From sequence record OR896157.1: DNA of 64,000 nt, one strand, 5' to 3'. Below the pieces are notes generated by a model that was not told the origin of the DNA, searched no databases, and saw only the letters and a list, made by a program, of their open reading frames with translations. Position 1 is the first letter of the stretch. The number at the start of each line of letters is the position of its first letter. Both the position numbers and the translations under genes were made by a program. Below are positions 36,495-45,194 of the stretch, piece by piece. Source of the stretch: a phage.

Positions 36495-36856
36495 TACATT
36501 TCCTTAGTGAAAGTGCGTGAAATAACGTCGCGCTGTTGCTCTGGAGTTAGAGCATTAAAACGAACGGCATAGCCAGAAACACGAATAGTCAGCTGAGGAT
36601 ATTTTTCTGGATGTTGAACTGCATCTTCTAAAGTTTCTTTAGACAGCACGTTCACGTTCAAATGCTGTCCACCTTCAACTTTAACTGTAGGCTTGGTTTC
36701 AATTCCAATTTCACGAGATTCAAAACCAAAGAAAGTTTCTACATCAACTATAGAATCTTCTGGCAAAGTTTTAGATACAATCACACGGGCTTTATCACCA
36801 TCTTCAAGATAAATTGTGCCTTTATGAGTGCCGTTCAAAATTTGATATGCGTTCAT
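36494..36856 (-). CDS. grcA: autonomous glycyl radical cofactor GrcA (YfiD-like)
   Basis: 120-aa ORF; C-terminal ~80 aa near-identical to remembered E. coli GrcA ([41 protein letters not shown]). Confidence 0.85.
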   Translation of the reverse strand: MNAYQILNGTHKGTIYLEDGDKARVIVSKTLPEDSIVDVETFFGFESREIGIETKPTVKVEGGQHLNVNVLSKETLEDAVQHPEKYPQLTIRVSGYAVRFNALTPEQQRDVISRTFTKEM

Positions 36857-36865
36857 AGTAGTTCC

Positions 36866-37102
36866 TTATGGGTATTGAATTTCTTCGTCAGTCTCTTTAT
36901 CATACTCACGAATTTTGATTGGTTCATTAATTCCGTAGCCACTTACAGTAAGACCAGTTTTAGCGTCTTCCCACTGTTTGGTTTCTTCATTCCACACACC
37001 GTTAGCATGCGCTTCCATTAAATCCTGTTCGCCTTGGTTTGAAAACCAGCCGCAGAAAGATTCAACCAGGTGGTCGGGGATGTCGATAATAATTTGCGCC
37101 AT
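36866..37102 (-). CDS. hypothetical acidic protein
   Basis: 78-aa ORF. Confidence 0.45.
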   Translation of the reverse strand: MAQIIIDIPDHLVESFCGWFSNQGEQDLMEAHANGVWNEETKQWEDAKTGLTVSGYGINEPIKIREYDKETDEEIQYP

Positions 37103-37437
37103 GTTGGCTCCAAAGAAATGACCTTGCGGTCGTAAGTAATTAAGCTTGAAGTTTTAATGCCTTTGCATGGGCCAGAGATAAACTCTACTTCAAACCATGG
37201 ATGCTCATTCATCAGACCCACATCTGGCGAAGTGCAGAGGAACAACGAGCCTTTAAAAGGCCCATCTAAAAATCGATACAGCTTTGGCTCAAGAACTGCC
37301 CCATCTGAAAATTTGATATGCAGAATATTAATCAAAGATTCTACATTACATTTTCCAGTAGAACGCAAAAAGCGGATATATTCACCTGTAGTCATTCTAA
37401 GGGCCCGAAGGCCCTTATTAAAATTTTCTTTCATCAT
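37018..37437 (-). CDS. hypothetical protein (start ambiguous)
   Basis: 139-aa ORF; ATGATGA coupling start at 37437 has SD, but a GGGCCCGAAGGCCC hairpin lies in codons 8-12; alternative ATG at 37395. Confidence 0.4.
   Translation of the reverse strand: MMKENFNKGLRALRMTTGEYIRFLRSTGKCNVESLINILHIKFSDGAVLEPKLYRFLDGPFKGSLFLCTSPDVGLMNEHPWFEVEFISGPCKGIKTSSLITYDRKVISLEPTWRKLLSTSPTTWLNLSAAGFQTKANRI
37398..37417 (-). terminator. GC hairpin GGGCC-UUCG-GGCCC; copy 3 of 4
   Basis: identical palindrome; inside or just upstream of ORF 37018-37437 start. Confidence 0.45.
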
Positions 37438-37988
37438 TGCATTCCTATCACAAAGAATAATGGAATCATCTCTTCACCAGTAACGTGTGATTGATGAACA
37501 CATGCATAAAATGGACCTTTGAAATGGGCTTCATAGAACTTTTCCATTTCAGGGAGTTTCATTGGTTCTTCTATAATATACAAGATTCTGTTAAGCTTTC
37601 GACCGCGGGCCTTTGAACCACCATCGCTCAGAAAACTTCGCACAGTGTCCATGATAATCATGCGTTTGGCTTCATCTGGATTTGCTTGATGAATGAGTTC
37701 TTTCTCATAACAAGCTCTTATTAGTTTTGCGGTTTCTTCTGAATTTCGTTGATGAGTGCTAATAATCCATACAGTTCCGCCATCATGTAACCAATCTGCT
37801 GCAAATTCGGCAACAGCTTTAGTCTTGCCTGATTGACGTCCGCCATCGATTTTTAGCGTAGCATATTCGCGTAGAATATCTATAGGAGTGTAATGACTTT
37901 CTTTGAGGATTTCTATACAATCATCAGCACGGATTTTGAAGGCGTGCATCAGGGATAGATATGGGGCAAATAGAGATTTTATTTTCAT
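37434..37988 (-). CDS. P-loop NTPase-like protein
   Basis: track ORF (TTG at 38024) trimmed to ATG 37988; Walker A-like GGRQSGKT, Walker B-like LYIIEEP. Confidence 0.45.
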   Translation of the reverse strand: MKIKSLFAPYLSLMHAFKIRADDCIEILKESHYTPIDILREYATLKIDGGRQSGKTKAVAEFAADWLHDGGTVWIISTHQRNSEETAKLIRACYEKELIHQANPDEAKRMIIMDTVRSFLSDGGSKARGRKLNRILYIIEEPMKLPEMEKFYEAHFKGPFYACVHQSHVTGEEMIPLFFVIGMQ

Positions 37989-38029
37989 TTTGTTTACCGT
38001 TAGTGAGGGCCTTCCATGGCTCAAGAATT

Positions 38030-38170
38030 TCCATCAGCTAGCGGGATTGCTAGGACCCTGATTGTAACTGGCTTTACCGCACTTGGGCTCGACCTTTTCA
38101 CAGGTACCAGAAGCTACTTCACTCAGAGGACACGACGTTCATGAGGAGAGGTCCAGGTTGGCTTTTTGAT
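38030..38170 (-). ncRNA. GC-rich non-coding island (candidate structured RNA)
   Basis: ~140 nt markedly more GC-rich than flanks, no credible ORF on either strand. Confidence 0.25.
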
Positions 38171-38176
38171 TGAAGA

Positions 38177-38473
38177 TTAACTAAACGGGTCGTGAAGCTT
38201 ATTACCAATACGACGGAACACTTTAGCTGCAAATTTATTGGAAGGGTTATCAACCATAATTTTGCGCATGTGACCGGTCGCGACTGTTCGAGCAGCCTTA
38301 TAACCAGCAATGTTATCTTTCAAAGTAATTCGACCTTTTCCTTTAGGGTCGTCAATGGTCACTTTGTAAGTTCCCATATCTTCGCCAGGCTTAATTTCTT
38401 CAATCCAGATATAACCACCTGGAACTCGCTTTTGTTCAGCTGCTTCATTTAAAAATTCATTATAGGTTTTCAT
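38177..38473 (-). CDS. internal head protein (capsid-targeting sequence [11 protein letters not shown])
   Basis: 98-aa ORF from internal ATG; N-terminus matches T4 IP capsid-targeting consensus MKTYxEFIxE; adjacent to e as ipII/ipIII in T4. Confidence 0.6.
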   Translation of the reverse strand: MKTYNEFLNEAAEQKRVPGGYIWIEEIKPGEDMGTYKVTIDDPKGKGRITLKDNIAGYKAARTVATGHMRKIMVDNPSNKFAAKVFRRIGNKLHDPFS

Positions 38474-38954
38474 ATGCTTTCCATGTTCCAACTCGGAATG
38501 TTTCAATTACTCGTTTAGCACGATTTGGTGTCTGACGATACCACTTGGAATTAGCAAGCTCTTTTGCAGCCGCTTCCCATTGTTTTGATTTAAGCAGACG
38601 CATTGATGCTGGGAAACCAGCTACACCTGTTACGCCCATCTGAAACACCATATTAATAAGTGCAGCACGACGAACTCCATCAAGTACATCATATACTGGT
38701 TTTAATACAGCATTTCCGAGAATCCCTCGAGTTGCTTTATCGACGTCTTTCGCAAAAATAGCTTCTGCTTCAGCTTTTGTGATTTGACCATTACATGGAC
38801 GCCCCACAAGCTTATCAAGTTCTCGTTTAGCAGCATCAAGAGAAGGGTCACGTGTCAAAAGGTGACCGATACCGATTGTCCAAAAACCTTCAGTATCTTT
38901 ATAGATTTTAGAATCGTATCCTTCATCGATACGAAGCATGCCAAAAATGTCCAT
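38460..38954 (-). CDS. e: lysozyme (T4 e, endolysin)
   Basis: 164-aa ORF, near-identical core to remembered T4 lysozyme ([32 protein letters not shown]). Confidence 0.96.
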   Translation of the reverse strand: MDIFGMLRIDEGYDSKIYKDTEGFWTIGIGHLLTRDPSLDAAKRELDKLVGRPCNGQITKAEAEAIFAKDVDKATRGILGNAVLKPVYDVLDGVRRAALINMVFQMGVTGVAGFPASMRLLKSKQWEAAAKELANSKWYRQTPNRAKRVIETFRVGTWKAYENL

Positions 38955-38987
38955 GAGGACCTCCTATCAGTTGATAGGAGTATTTAT

Positions 38988-39467
38988 TTAGCATTCCCAA
39001 AGAGCGTCTTGAATGACCTTTGGATAAAGTTTCTGCATAACAGAGAAAAGACTTGGGCCCATTACTACATTCCACATACGCGGCTGAATCAAAGCAAACG
39101 CATCGATTTCCGGAAATTCGTTTCCATCTTCGTCCGTATGATATGCCGTGCAAATACAATCTCTGAATTGAGAGTGTTCCACTGGGAACGGATATTCAAA
39201 GATATGTATATCTTTATTGCTAGCATAATCATGTCGGCCTAGGTCCACTAGATGTCCTGGATTATAATCAACGAATCCACTTTCTTCTCTGCATTCACGA
39301 ACTGCAGCTTCAAGAGGAGATTCACCTGGCTCGATATGACCCTTTGGAATGTCCCAGCGAGATGGTCCACCACCTAGTCCAGAATTAGTTACTCGACCCA
39401 TGAACAGTTCTTTGTCTTTTGTAAAGAACAGAATACCAGCAGAGACTTCTTTAATTTTCTTACTCAA
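38988..39467 (-). CDS. nudE: Nudix hydrolase NudE
   Basis: 159-aa ORF; Nudix box GHIEPGESPLEAAVRECREESG; adjacent to e. Confidence 0.85.
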   Translation of the reverse strand: MSKKIKEVSAGILFFTKDKELFMGRVTNSGLGGGPSRWDIPKGHIEPGESPLEAAVRECREESGFVDYNPGHLVDLGRHDYASNKDIHIFEYPFPVEHSQFRDCICTAYHTDEDGNEFPEIDAFALIQPRMWNVVMGPSLFSVMQKLYPKVIQDALWEC

Positions 39468-39694
39468 ATTTCACCCCAACTAATTTCACGAAGTCTTTGC
39501 ATGATTGACTCAACTTCTTCAATCATATCTTCATCGCAGTCAAATGAACCTTCTACCATCCAATCACTAATTGGAGTGAACATTTCAAGGTCCGTAGATA
39601 GACGATTACGAATATCATCTACTGATTCATTGTCGTTGAAGGAGTACAGGTAAGAATCAGCCGATTCAGATTTAACAAATACCGCAATACTCAT
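39464..39694 (-). CDS. hypothetical acidic protein
   Basis: 76-aa ORF. Confidence 0.45.
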   Translation of the reverse strand: MSIAVFVKSESADSYLYSFNDNESVDDIRNRLSTDLEMFTPISDWMVEGSFDCDEDMIEEVESIMQRLREISWGEI

Positions 39695-40002
39695 ACCTTT
39701 TCCTCTAAGAAGTCAGACAGTTTAAAATCTTTACGGTCCATCAGACCATAGTGAATGTTCTTCAGCGTATCGTACATGTCCCAGTACTTTTCTTTTAGCA
39801 TATTACCAAATGGTGGAATATAAAGCTTATCCCATTTAGCAGCTAACTCACCATTGCGCAGTTCTCCTGGAACATTTTCAACGATACGTAAAACTTTAGT
39901 TGCAACCTCATAATCGGATGGCGGAATCCATCCCCAATTATGATGTACTGAACCGTTAATTTCGCCATTCAGCGAAGTAAAAATCGTAGCTGGACAACTC
40001 AT
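39691..40002 (-). CDS. hypothetical protein
   Basis: 103-aa ORF. Confidence 0.5.
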   Translation of the reverse strand: MSCPATIFTSLNGEINGSVHHNWGWIPPSDYEVATKVLRIVENVPGELRNGELAAKWDKLYIPPFGNMLKEKYWDMYDTLKNIHYGLMDRKDFKLSDFLEEKV

Positions 40003-40361
40003 CGTGTACCTCTAATACCTTGAATAAAGTTTAAAGCATCTTCACCTGGTGGAACTTCTTTAGACTTAGATTTTCGTTTAAAGAGTTTCCACTCTTTCTT
40101 TTGGTCGAAGGTTCCACGTTGAACCTGCCCAAGATAAAATAACCACTTTCCAATCCAGTAGAATGGAGTTAAAATGCCAGCCATCCAGCCAACAAAAAGT
40201 AATTGTTCACCATACAAAGGACTAAAGAAGTACAATCCCCAATATGTTCCAAACCCATAAAGCATTGTGAACATAAAGCAAATAATTATTGTACAAACAG
40301 CCCATCCAAAATTATCATATGAACCAGCATCTTTGAATCCGCGAAATAATGTTTTAATCAT
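39999..40361 (-). CDS. small 2-TM membrane protein, paralog 1 (C-terminal NFIQGIRG)
   Basis: 120-aa ORF; two hydrophobic helices; C-terminal motif shared with next four genes. Confidence 0.5.
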   Translation of the reverse strand: MIKTLFRGFKDAGSYDNFGWAVCTIIICFMFTMLYGFGTYWGLYFFSPLYGEQLLFVGWMAGILTPFYWIGKWLFYLGQVQRGTFDQKKEWKLFKRKSKSKEVPPGEDALNFIQGIRGTR

Positions 40362-40717
40362 CGTTTAATCCTGCATCTGGAGATAAAGTTCTCTAAATTT
40401 TGTTTGTCGTCGTAAATGGCCTTGGCTTTAGTAAACAATTTAACATGAATTTTACAATAACACCACTTAATAAAAGAAGCAACAACAATGACAACGAATA
40501 GTGAACATAATGCGCTTAGTGGTACAGAGATAATCATTTCAGCTACAAATCCATTGAACCACCAAACTACGAAATTTGATATGAAGACAGTAAGTATAAT
40601 AATTGCCCAACAAACGTCGTCTTCGTATTTCGACTTGAATCTATCTTCAATTTCTCGTTCAAAATGTCTGATATTCATTTTAGGATTGTATTTCATTTTT
40701 ACCTCGACATTCCGCAA
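40358..40717 (-). CDS. small 2-TM membrane protein, paralog 2 (C-terminal NFISRCR)
   Basis: 119-aa ORF; two TM helices; FIxxCR tail. Confidence 0.5.
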   Translation of the reverse strand: MRNVEVKMKYNPKMNIRHFEREIEDRFKSKYEDDVCWAIIILTVFISNFVVWWFNGFVAEMIISVPLSALCSLFVVIVVASFIKWCYCKIHVKLFTKAKAIYDDKQNLENFISRCRIKR

Positions 40718-41036
40718 TGAATTCTTCTGATTCTCGGATTATTCTATTACGAAGAACTTTAGCATTCTGTTCAGCTAAACGTTTATTTTCTGGTCGCATT
40801 ACCCACCAGATTGCAATATCATGAGTTTTAGGATGAGCCCAAATCATAAATGGAAGCGAAAGAAAAGTTGTAGTTGCAAACCAAATTGGAGCATATGGGT
40901 CTTCTAACAACAGTGACGGAATAAAAACGAAAAGTGACACAAATGTGCATAAAATTAAAACTGCCATTAAGTGCCAAAAGTCTACTTTAGCTTCAAATTC
41001 TCTTAATTTTAATTCAATCTTTGGCTGATATCCCAC
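40680..41036 (-). CDS. small 2-TM membrane protein, paralog 3 (C-terminal EFIAECRGK)
   Basis: 118-aa ORF; two TM helices; FIxxCR tail. Confidence 0.5.
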   Translation of the reverse strand: MGYQPKIELKLREFEAKVDFWHLMAVLILCTFVSLFVFIPSLLLEDPYAPIWFATTTFLSLPFMIWAHPKTHDIAIWWVMRPENKRLAEQNAKVLRNRIIRESEEFIAECRGKNEIQS

Positions 41037-41038
41037 GG

Positions 41039-41413
41039 TTATTTCCTCGCTTTCCGGCAGTTGTCAATGAAACCTTCAAATCGTTCAGCTTTACCAAGCT
41101 TTGACACTATACTGTTTCTTCGTAAGCCAATTAAAGTTTGGGCAATCACATTGACAAACTCACCTATCAACATAATGATTATTGGTAACATTCCCCAACC
41201 AAAGCATATGAATACAGCAATCGCTCCAGCAGAATTAGCTCTTTCTTCTTTTGGAAGCTCTGTAATACCATACCAACCCCAACACGCAATAATTGCATAC
41301 AGTGACAATCCTATGACCCAACAAAACTTTTCATTCCTGGTCAAAATGTATCTGACCTTGGTTGAGAATGAATCTGTTTTAGCAATTTTAGCTTTAAGTT
41401 CATTTGAATTCAT
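41039..41413 (-). CDS. small 2-TM membrane protein, paralog 4 (C-terminal GFIDNCRK)
   Basis: 124-aa ORF; two TM helices; FIxxCR tail. Confidence 0.5.
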   Translation of the reverse strand: MNSNELKAKIAKTDSFSTKVRYILTRNEKFCWVIGLSLYAIIACWGWYGITELPKEERANSAGAIAVFICFGWGMLPIIIMLIGEFVNVIAQTLIGLRRNSIVSKLGKAERFEGFIDNCRKARK

Positions 41414-41425
41414 TTTATTTTCCTC

Positions 41426-41445
41426 ATAGGGCCCGAAGGCCCTTT
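41426..41445 (-). terminator. GC hairpin GGGCC-UUCG-GGCCC; copy 4 of 4
   Basis: identical palindrome directly upstream of the SD of ORF 41039-41413. Confidence 0.5.
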
Positions 41446-41446
41446 A

Positions 41447-42364
41447 TCATTTGAACGGACGAATCATATCAAAGTTTTCTTTAAAGCGTTTGACATAATC
41501 AGTCTTTCCAAGTTTCTTATGCATTGCAACTATCTTGTGGTAGTTTTCCCATGCATATTCGCGGAACCAACCAGATGTAATAGAAGTACAAACTTTTTCC
41601 AAAGCGTACATAAATGAACCAGTAGGGTCCGGGTTAAAGTTATTTGGAATTTGATGACGTTCCAAAGCAAGTACGCAAGTTTCTTCATATACACCCGCAA
41701 GTTTAATTTCTTCAGGCAGAGAATCAAATTTCTCTTTTGAAGTCATTACTTCAGAACCGTCTTTCATATAGAAAGTGTAAGCAGGACGGCCTGCTAAGGC
41801 TACTGCTTCATGAATTGAGTCATGGTCGTAGATGTAAAAATCATCTTTGAAGAAAGAATCTTTATCTACATCCAGATTAGGATGAGAATATGCTAATGTC
41901 TCTTTCTGACGCAGTTCGGAAATCTTTTTAAGACTTTCGTCCAAAACAATTCCTTTATTACGCAAGAAACGAATATGATGCATAGTCTTTTGGAAGAAAC
42001 GAGTGTTCTTCTTGAAGCGATGAGACAGTTTAATTGCTAAACACATCTCAGGAGTTGCCCAGTACATCTGAGACAGCGCATCGTAGCAGTCACGGAACAG
42101 CGCATAATTTGCAAGCATTTCAGATGAAGTGTTTTCATCATATTCAAAAATGTATGCTTCAAAATAAGTCTCACGACCGTTGTGCATGCATTTGAAAGCT
42201 TGTACATTAGGAGATTGAACTTCAACCTCTGTGCCGTTCATACGGTTTTTGAAATGAAGCCATTCGCCTGGAGACGCAATGAAGTCCCAATCAGAGTTCT
42301 TAACATCACTATAATCAATGAGACCATGGTGATGTAGTGCTCGAGAACCAATAACCAGCAACAT
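41447..42364 (-). CDS. hypothetical protein (305 aa)
   Basis: long ORF preceded by early promoter at 42393-42422. Confidence 0.55.
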   Translation of the reverse strand: MLLVIGSRALHHHGLIDYSDVKNSDWDFIASPGEWLHFKNRMNGTEVEVQSPNVQAFKCMHNGRETYFEAYIFEYDENTSSEMLANYALFRDCYDALSQMYWATPEMCLAIKLSHRFKKNTRFFQKTMHHIRFLRNKGIVLDESLKKISELRQKETLAYSHPNLDVDKDSFFKDDFYIYDHDSIHEAVALAGRPAYTFYMKDGSEVMTSKEKFDSLPEEIKLAGVYEETCVLALERHQIPNNFNPDPTGSFMYALEKVCTSITSGWFREYAWENYHKIVAMHKKLGKTDYVKRFKENFDMIRPFK

Positions 42365-42392
42365 AATATTTTCCTCTTTAGACTGTAGAACT

Positions 42393-42422
42393 ACTATAAC
42401 ACACTTGACTTCTGTTGTAAAC
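42393..42422 (-). promoter_or_regulatory. T4-type early promoter (GTTTAC-N18-TATAGT)
   Basis: minus-strand motifs. Confidence 0.55.
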
Positions 42423-42801
42423 GGTTCTTTCTCTGGTTCTTTCTACAAATTCTTATGAAATTTTCAATAGGTTCTTCTGGGGTCTTAATTGGATAACATT
42501 CTTTCCAATTCCAACCACCTAGCAAGTCAAAGATTTGGTCAGGAAGAGAATCCCATGGATGTTCTCTTTCACTGAGTTGAATTATGATGTCGCCAGCAGC
42601 TTCTCTGATTCCGGTATTAAGTTTTCCGTTACAAATCACAACATTCATGAGTGCAGAAAGACAACAACTATCATGGCTTCCATATTTGTTCGGATAGTAA
42701 AAATAATGGTCAATGATATAGCAGTAATTAGGATTTAAGCCTTTCATAGTGTTCCTCCAGTGATTCTGGGGAAACTTTTCAGTCTCCCCATATATTACCA
42801 T
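42394..42801 (-). CDS. hypothetical soluble protein with the same C-terminal motif (ENFIRICRK)
   Basis: 135-aa ORF, no TM helix, shares FIxxCR tail with the four membrane paralogs; 3' end overlaps the promoter (see 42393-42422). Confidence 0.45.
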   Translation of the reverse strand: MVIYGETEKFPQNHWRNTMKGLNPNYCYIIDHYFYYPNKYGSHDSCCLSALMNVVICNGKLNTGIREAAGDIIIQLSEREHPWDSLPDQIFDLLGGWNWKECYPIKTPEEPIENFIRICRKNQRKNRLQQKSSVL

Positions 42802-43034
42802 TAACAGCTGCTAGTATACCACACAGAGCCGTCCTCGTTAACCCCAAAGGTCTCAGAGTTACCTTCGCCATAGCAATCAGAAGACTGCCAATCGTTAAAG
42901 GTCAGATATCCGCCAGAAACTTCCATGCCAAAAGAAGCTTCATTCGCCATAGTTTCAAGTTTACCAAGAAGTTTAGCTACTTCAACTGCAACTTCTTCGA
43001 TTTCTTTACGTTTTTCTTCACGAGTTTTAGTCAT
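42801..43034 (-). CDS. hypothetical protein
   Basis: 77-aa ORF. Confidence 0.45.
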   Translation of the reverse strand: MTKTREEKRKEIEEVAVEVAKLLGKLETMANEASFGMEVSGGYLTFNDWQSSDCYGEGNSETFGVNEDGSVWYTSSC

Positions 43035-43042
43035 AATTTACC

Positions 43043-43354
43043 TTAGCACATATCAGAGGAAGAAAGCCAAACGCCTTCTACAAGTTTTTCATTTTCATCA
43101 ACTTCTACACCATGATGACCTACAAGCCAATGAGCGTCATAGCCTACTGGATAATAAGTACGGCCGTTTCCATAATCACCTACATCAAAAGTCAAACAAT
43201 GCTCATCAGCGATAACTTCAGCAGCTTGTTCAATTTCTTCTGACTGCTCCAGAAGTTTTGCAATAGCTGCTGCAGCAGATTTACGGTCGTTATATTCAGG
43301 AATTTCAATCTGAATTACTTTGTTCATTTCTTGTTCTCTTTGCAATCTGCCCAC
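43043..43354 (-). CDS. hypothetical acidic protein
   Basis: 103-aa ORF. Confidence 0.45.
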   Translation of the reverse strand: MGRLQREQEMNKVIQIEIPEYNDRKSAAAAIAKLLEQSEEIEQAAEVIADEHCLTFDVGDYGNGRTYYPVGYDAHWLVGHHGVEVDENEKLVEGVWLSSSDMC

Positions 43355-43970
43355 GGCAGTAGTTAATGAAATCGGAAACGTCCGCTCCGATATGGCTTCC
43401 AGGAACCTGTAGTTTTTCTACAAGATTATTCATTTCAGCTGAAAAATGCTTAACAAGATATTCTCGTGATGGGCCACGGAATGATTGAGCTTCTTCAAGA
43501 TTATTATCAGCAATAAATGAGAAAATAAACTTTCCACCACGAGTATTATAGTGAACTTCAATAGCTCCACAGAACCAATGACCCATTGAATAACGGTGTC
43601 CTTCGCCTTCTTTTCTAACTTCAGAAGTCAAATTATTCAATGAAATTGATGAATAATGATATGAATGCGCACCCTTATAAGCAATACTGCATCCGTCAGC
43701 AATTAAAGCAGAAAGCATACGACGAGCATCTTTCAAGCTGTTGATGTAAACGTGGCCTGGAACTTTTCGTTCTTTAAGCTGATGATCGTCCATACGCAAA
43801 GAACAATCATCGTATGCCGGAGCCAAAGGTTCAATGATATTGATTAAACGTTTTGGCATACCAGAATATTCTAATTGGCTACGAACATATTTCCCAAACT
43901 TATTTCCAGTACCCTTTGTGATAACTTTAGACTCTTTCTTAGGTTCATTAAAATCATCATAAAAAGCCAT
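43305..43970 (-). CDS. hypothetical protein
   Basis: 221-aa ORF. Confidence 0.5.
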   Translation of the reverse strand: MAFYDDFNEPKKESKVITKGTGNKFGKYVRSQLEYSGMPKRLINIIEPLAPAYDDCSLRMDDHQLKERKVPGHVYINSLKDARRMLSALIADGCSIAYKGAHSYHYSSISLNNLTSEVRKEGEGHRYSMGHWFCGAIEVHYNTRGGKFIFSFIADNNLEEAQSFRGPSREYLVKHFSAEMNNLVEKLQVPGSHIGADVSDFINYCRGQIAKRTRNEQSNSD

Positions 43971-43988
43971 AATCTTCTCCTCTATTAT

Positions 43989-44014
43989 CCCGAAAACCGG
44001 GGATTTCTCCCCGG
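43989..44014 (-). terminator. intrinsic terminator
   Basis: minus-strand CCGGGGA-GAAA-UCCCCGG followed by UUUUCGGG. Confidence 0.6.
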
Positions 44015-44022
44015 TGTATTTC

Positions 44023-44625
44023 TTAGCCTTTCAGACTTTCCAGATATTCCTGGAGATCAGCGGTGGTGGTTTCAATACCAGCAGGAGTGGTGTTGAAGGT
44101 ATCAATACGAGACAGAGTAGTCTGTACATCAACTTTCATCAGAGATGCAGATTCGATGATATCTGCTACATTGTCCAGACCCATGGAGTTAGCAGCACGA
44201 GTTTCACGGATGTACTCGAGTTTCACTTTAAGGTCTTCGCGCTGATCGTCCAGAGCTACAACAGTATTTTCAATTTCAGTGAGCATCTGTGTCAGTTCAG
44301 TTGCTTTGTTACGCAGAGCTTCTGCGGTACGACGATACAGAAGACCGAGTTTAGCATGGGTCTGTACGTCAGCGTTAGGATTTTCAGCCAGAATTCGGCG
44401 AATTTCTTTTTCTTTACTTTCAGCTTGTGCATCTTTTTCTGCAGCAGCTTTAAGTTTATCGTTAATTTCACGTGTTGCCGTCACATGACGAGTTTTCAGT
44501 TTATGAACTTCAGAGATAATATGCTCAGCAGCATGTGTCATCTGGTCTTCTACCGAAGTGTTCTTGGTCATGAAGGTGCCCAGTTTAATGCGGATGAATT
44601 CAACAATTTTCTTCAGAATAGCCAT
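44023..44625 (-). CDS. coiled-coil protein, possibly PspA/IM30-like
   Basis: 200-aa ORF, all-helical charged heptad sequence with amphipathic N-terminus; weak by-eye resemblance to E. coli PspA. Confidence 0.4.
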   Translation of the reverse strand: MAILKKIVEFIRIKLGTFMTKNTSVEDQMTHAAEHIISEVHKLKTRHVTATREINDKLKAAAEKDAQAESKEKEIRRILAENPNADVQTHAKLGLLYRRTAEALRNKATELTQMLTEIENTVVALDDQREDLKVKLEYIRETRAANSMGLDNVADIIESASLMKVDVQTTLSRIDTFNTTPAGIETTTADLQEYLESLKG

Positions 44626-44679
44626 GTTTATTTCCTTTCAGTTTAAAGTAGAGTTATTTTAAATCAAATTTTTAAAGCA

Positions 44680-44916
44680 TTACTCATATGAATTGATGAG
44701 TTCTTCCATTTTATCTAGCACATCGCAATCAATGATGCGCATTACTGCTGGGTCACTGCCGTACTTTTGCATACCATCTGCAATGATACGAGTTATTGTA
44801 TCAAGAGCAGCTTGCCGTTCTTCACCTGACGGGAAGTTTGGAGTTTTACCAAACAGACGATAAAACGAACTAAAATACGTCTGGGCAGCAGCTCTTGCTT
44901 TATCAGGATAATGCAT
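44680..44916 (-). CDS. hypothetical protein
   Basis: 78-aa ORF with GAGGA SD. Confidence 0.5.
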   Translation of the reverse strand: MHYPDKARAAAQTYFSSFYRLFGKTPNFPSGEERQAALDTITRIIADGMQKYGSDPAVMRIIDCDVLDKMEELINSYE

Positions 44917-44919
44917 ATT

Positions 44920-45118
44920 GTGTTCCTCACATACGATGACCGATTACCAGCTTAGCAGTAGGCCAGTTAGTAACAGAATACTCGATTACGTCTTTGACAT
45001 CTTTAGCTTCAACAATGTCAGTCACATGATATTCATGGGTCACCTGTATTCAGGATTGCACGATAATGAGTAACTTCACCGAAATTGTTAGTAATTTCGT
45101 GGATTGTAGAAGTGTTAA
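44920..45118 (-). pseudogene. small gene split across two frames (30 codons then 38 codons)
   Basis: ATG at 45118 with GGAGA SD and own promoter; frame 0 stops after MKFNTSTIHEITNNFGEVTHYRAILNTGDP, frame +1 continues QVTHEYHVTDIV...GHRM to a stop abutting the next SD. Confidence 0.35.
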
Positions 45119-45160
45119 ATTTCATTTTATTCTCCGATTCAATTTTGTTTTGATGAGGTA

Positions 45161-45190
45161 ATAATACCACACTACCTCATCATTGTAAAC
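45161..45190 (-). promoter_or_regulatory. T4-type early promoter (GTTTAC-N18-TATTAT)
   Basis: minus-strand motifs, 9-bp dyad GATGAGGTA...TACCTCATC around -10. Confidence 0.6.
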
Positions 45191-45194
45191 AATT

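Noticed and set aside
38119-38310. 63-aa minus-strand ORF
   Set aside because: Spans the GC-rich island and the 3' end of the internal-protein gene; low-complexity Leu/Val-rich; no start context.
4273-41445. CRISPR array hypothesis for the repeated GGGCCCGAAGGCCC palindromes
   Set aside because: Only four copies, separated by 6 to 27 kb rather than by regular 25-40-nt spacers; each is a self-complementary hairpin in an intergenic or 5'-proximal position; no cas genes.
44014-44646. 210-aa plus-strand ORF
   Set aside because: Phe/Ser/Cys-rich low-complexity translation, antisense to the well-formed coiled-coil gene 44023-44625, which has its own terminator and fits the minus-strand operon.
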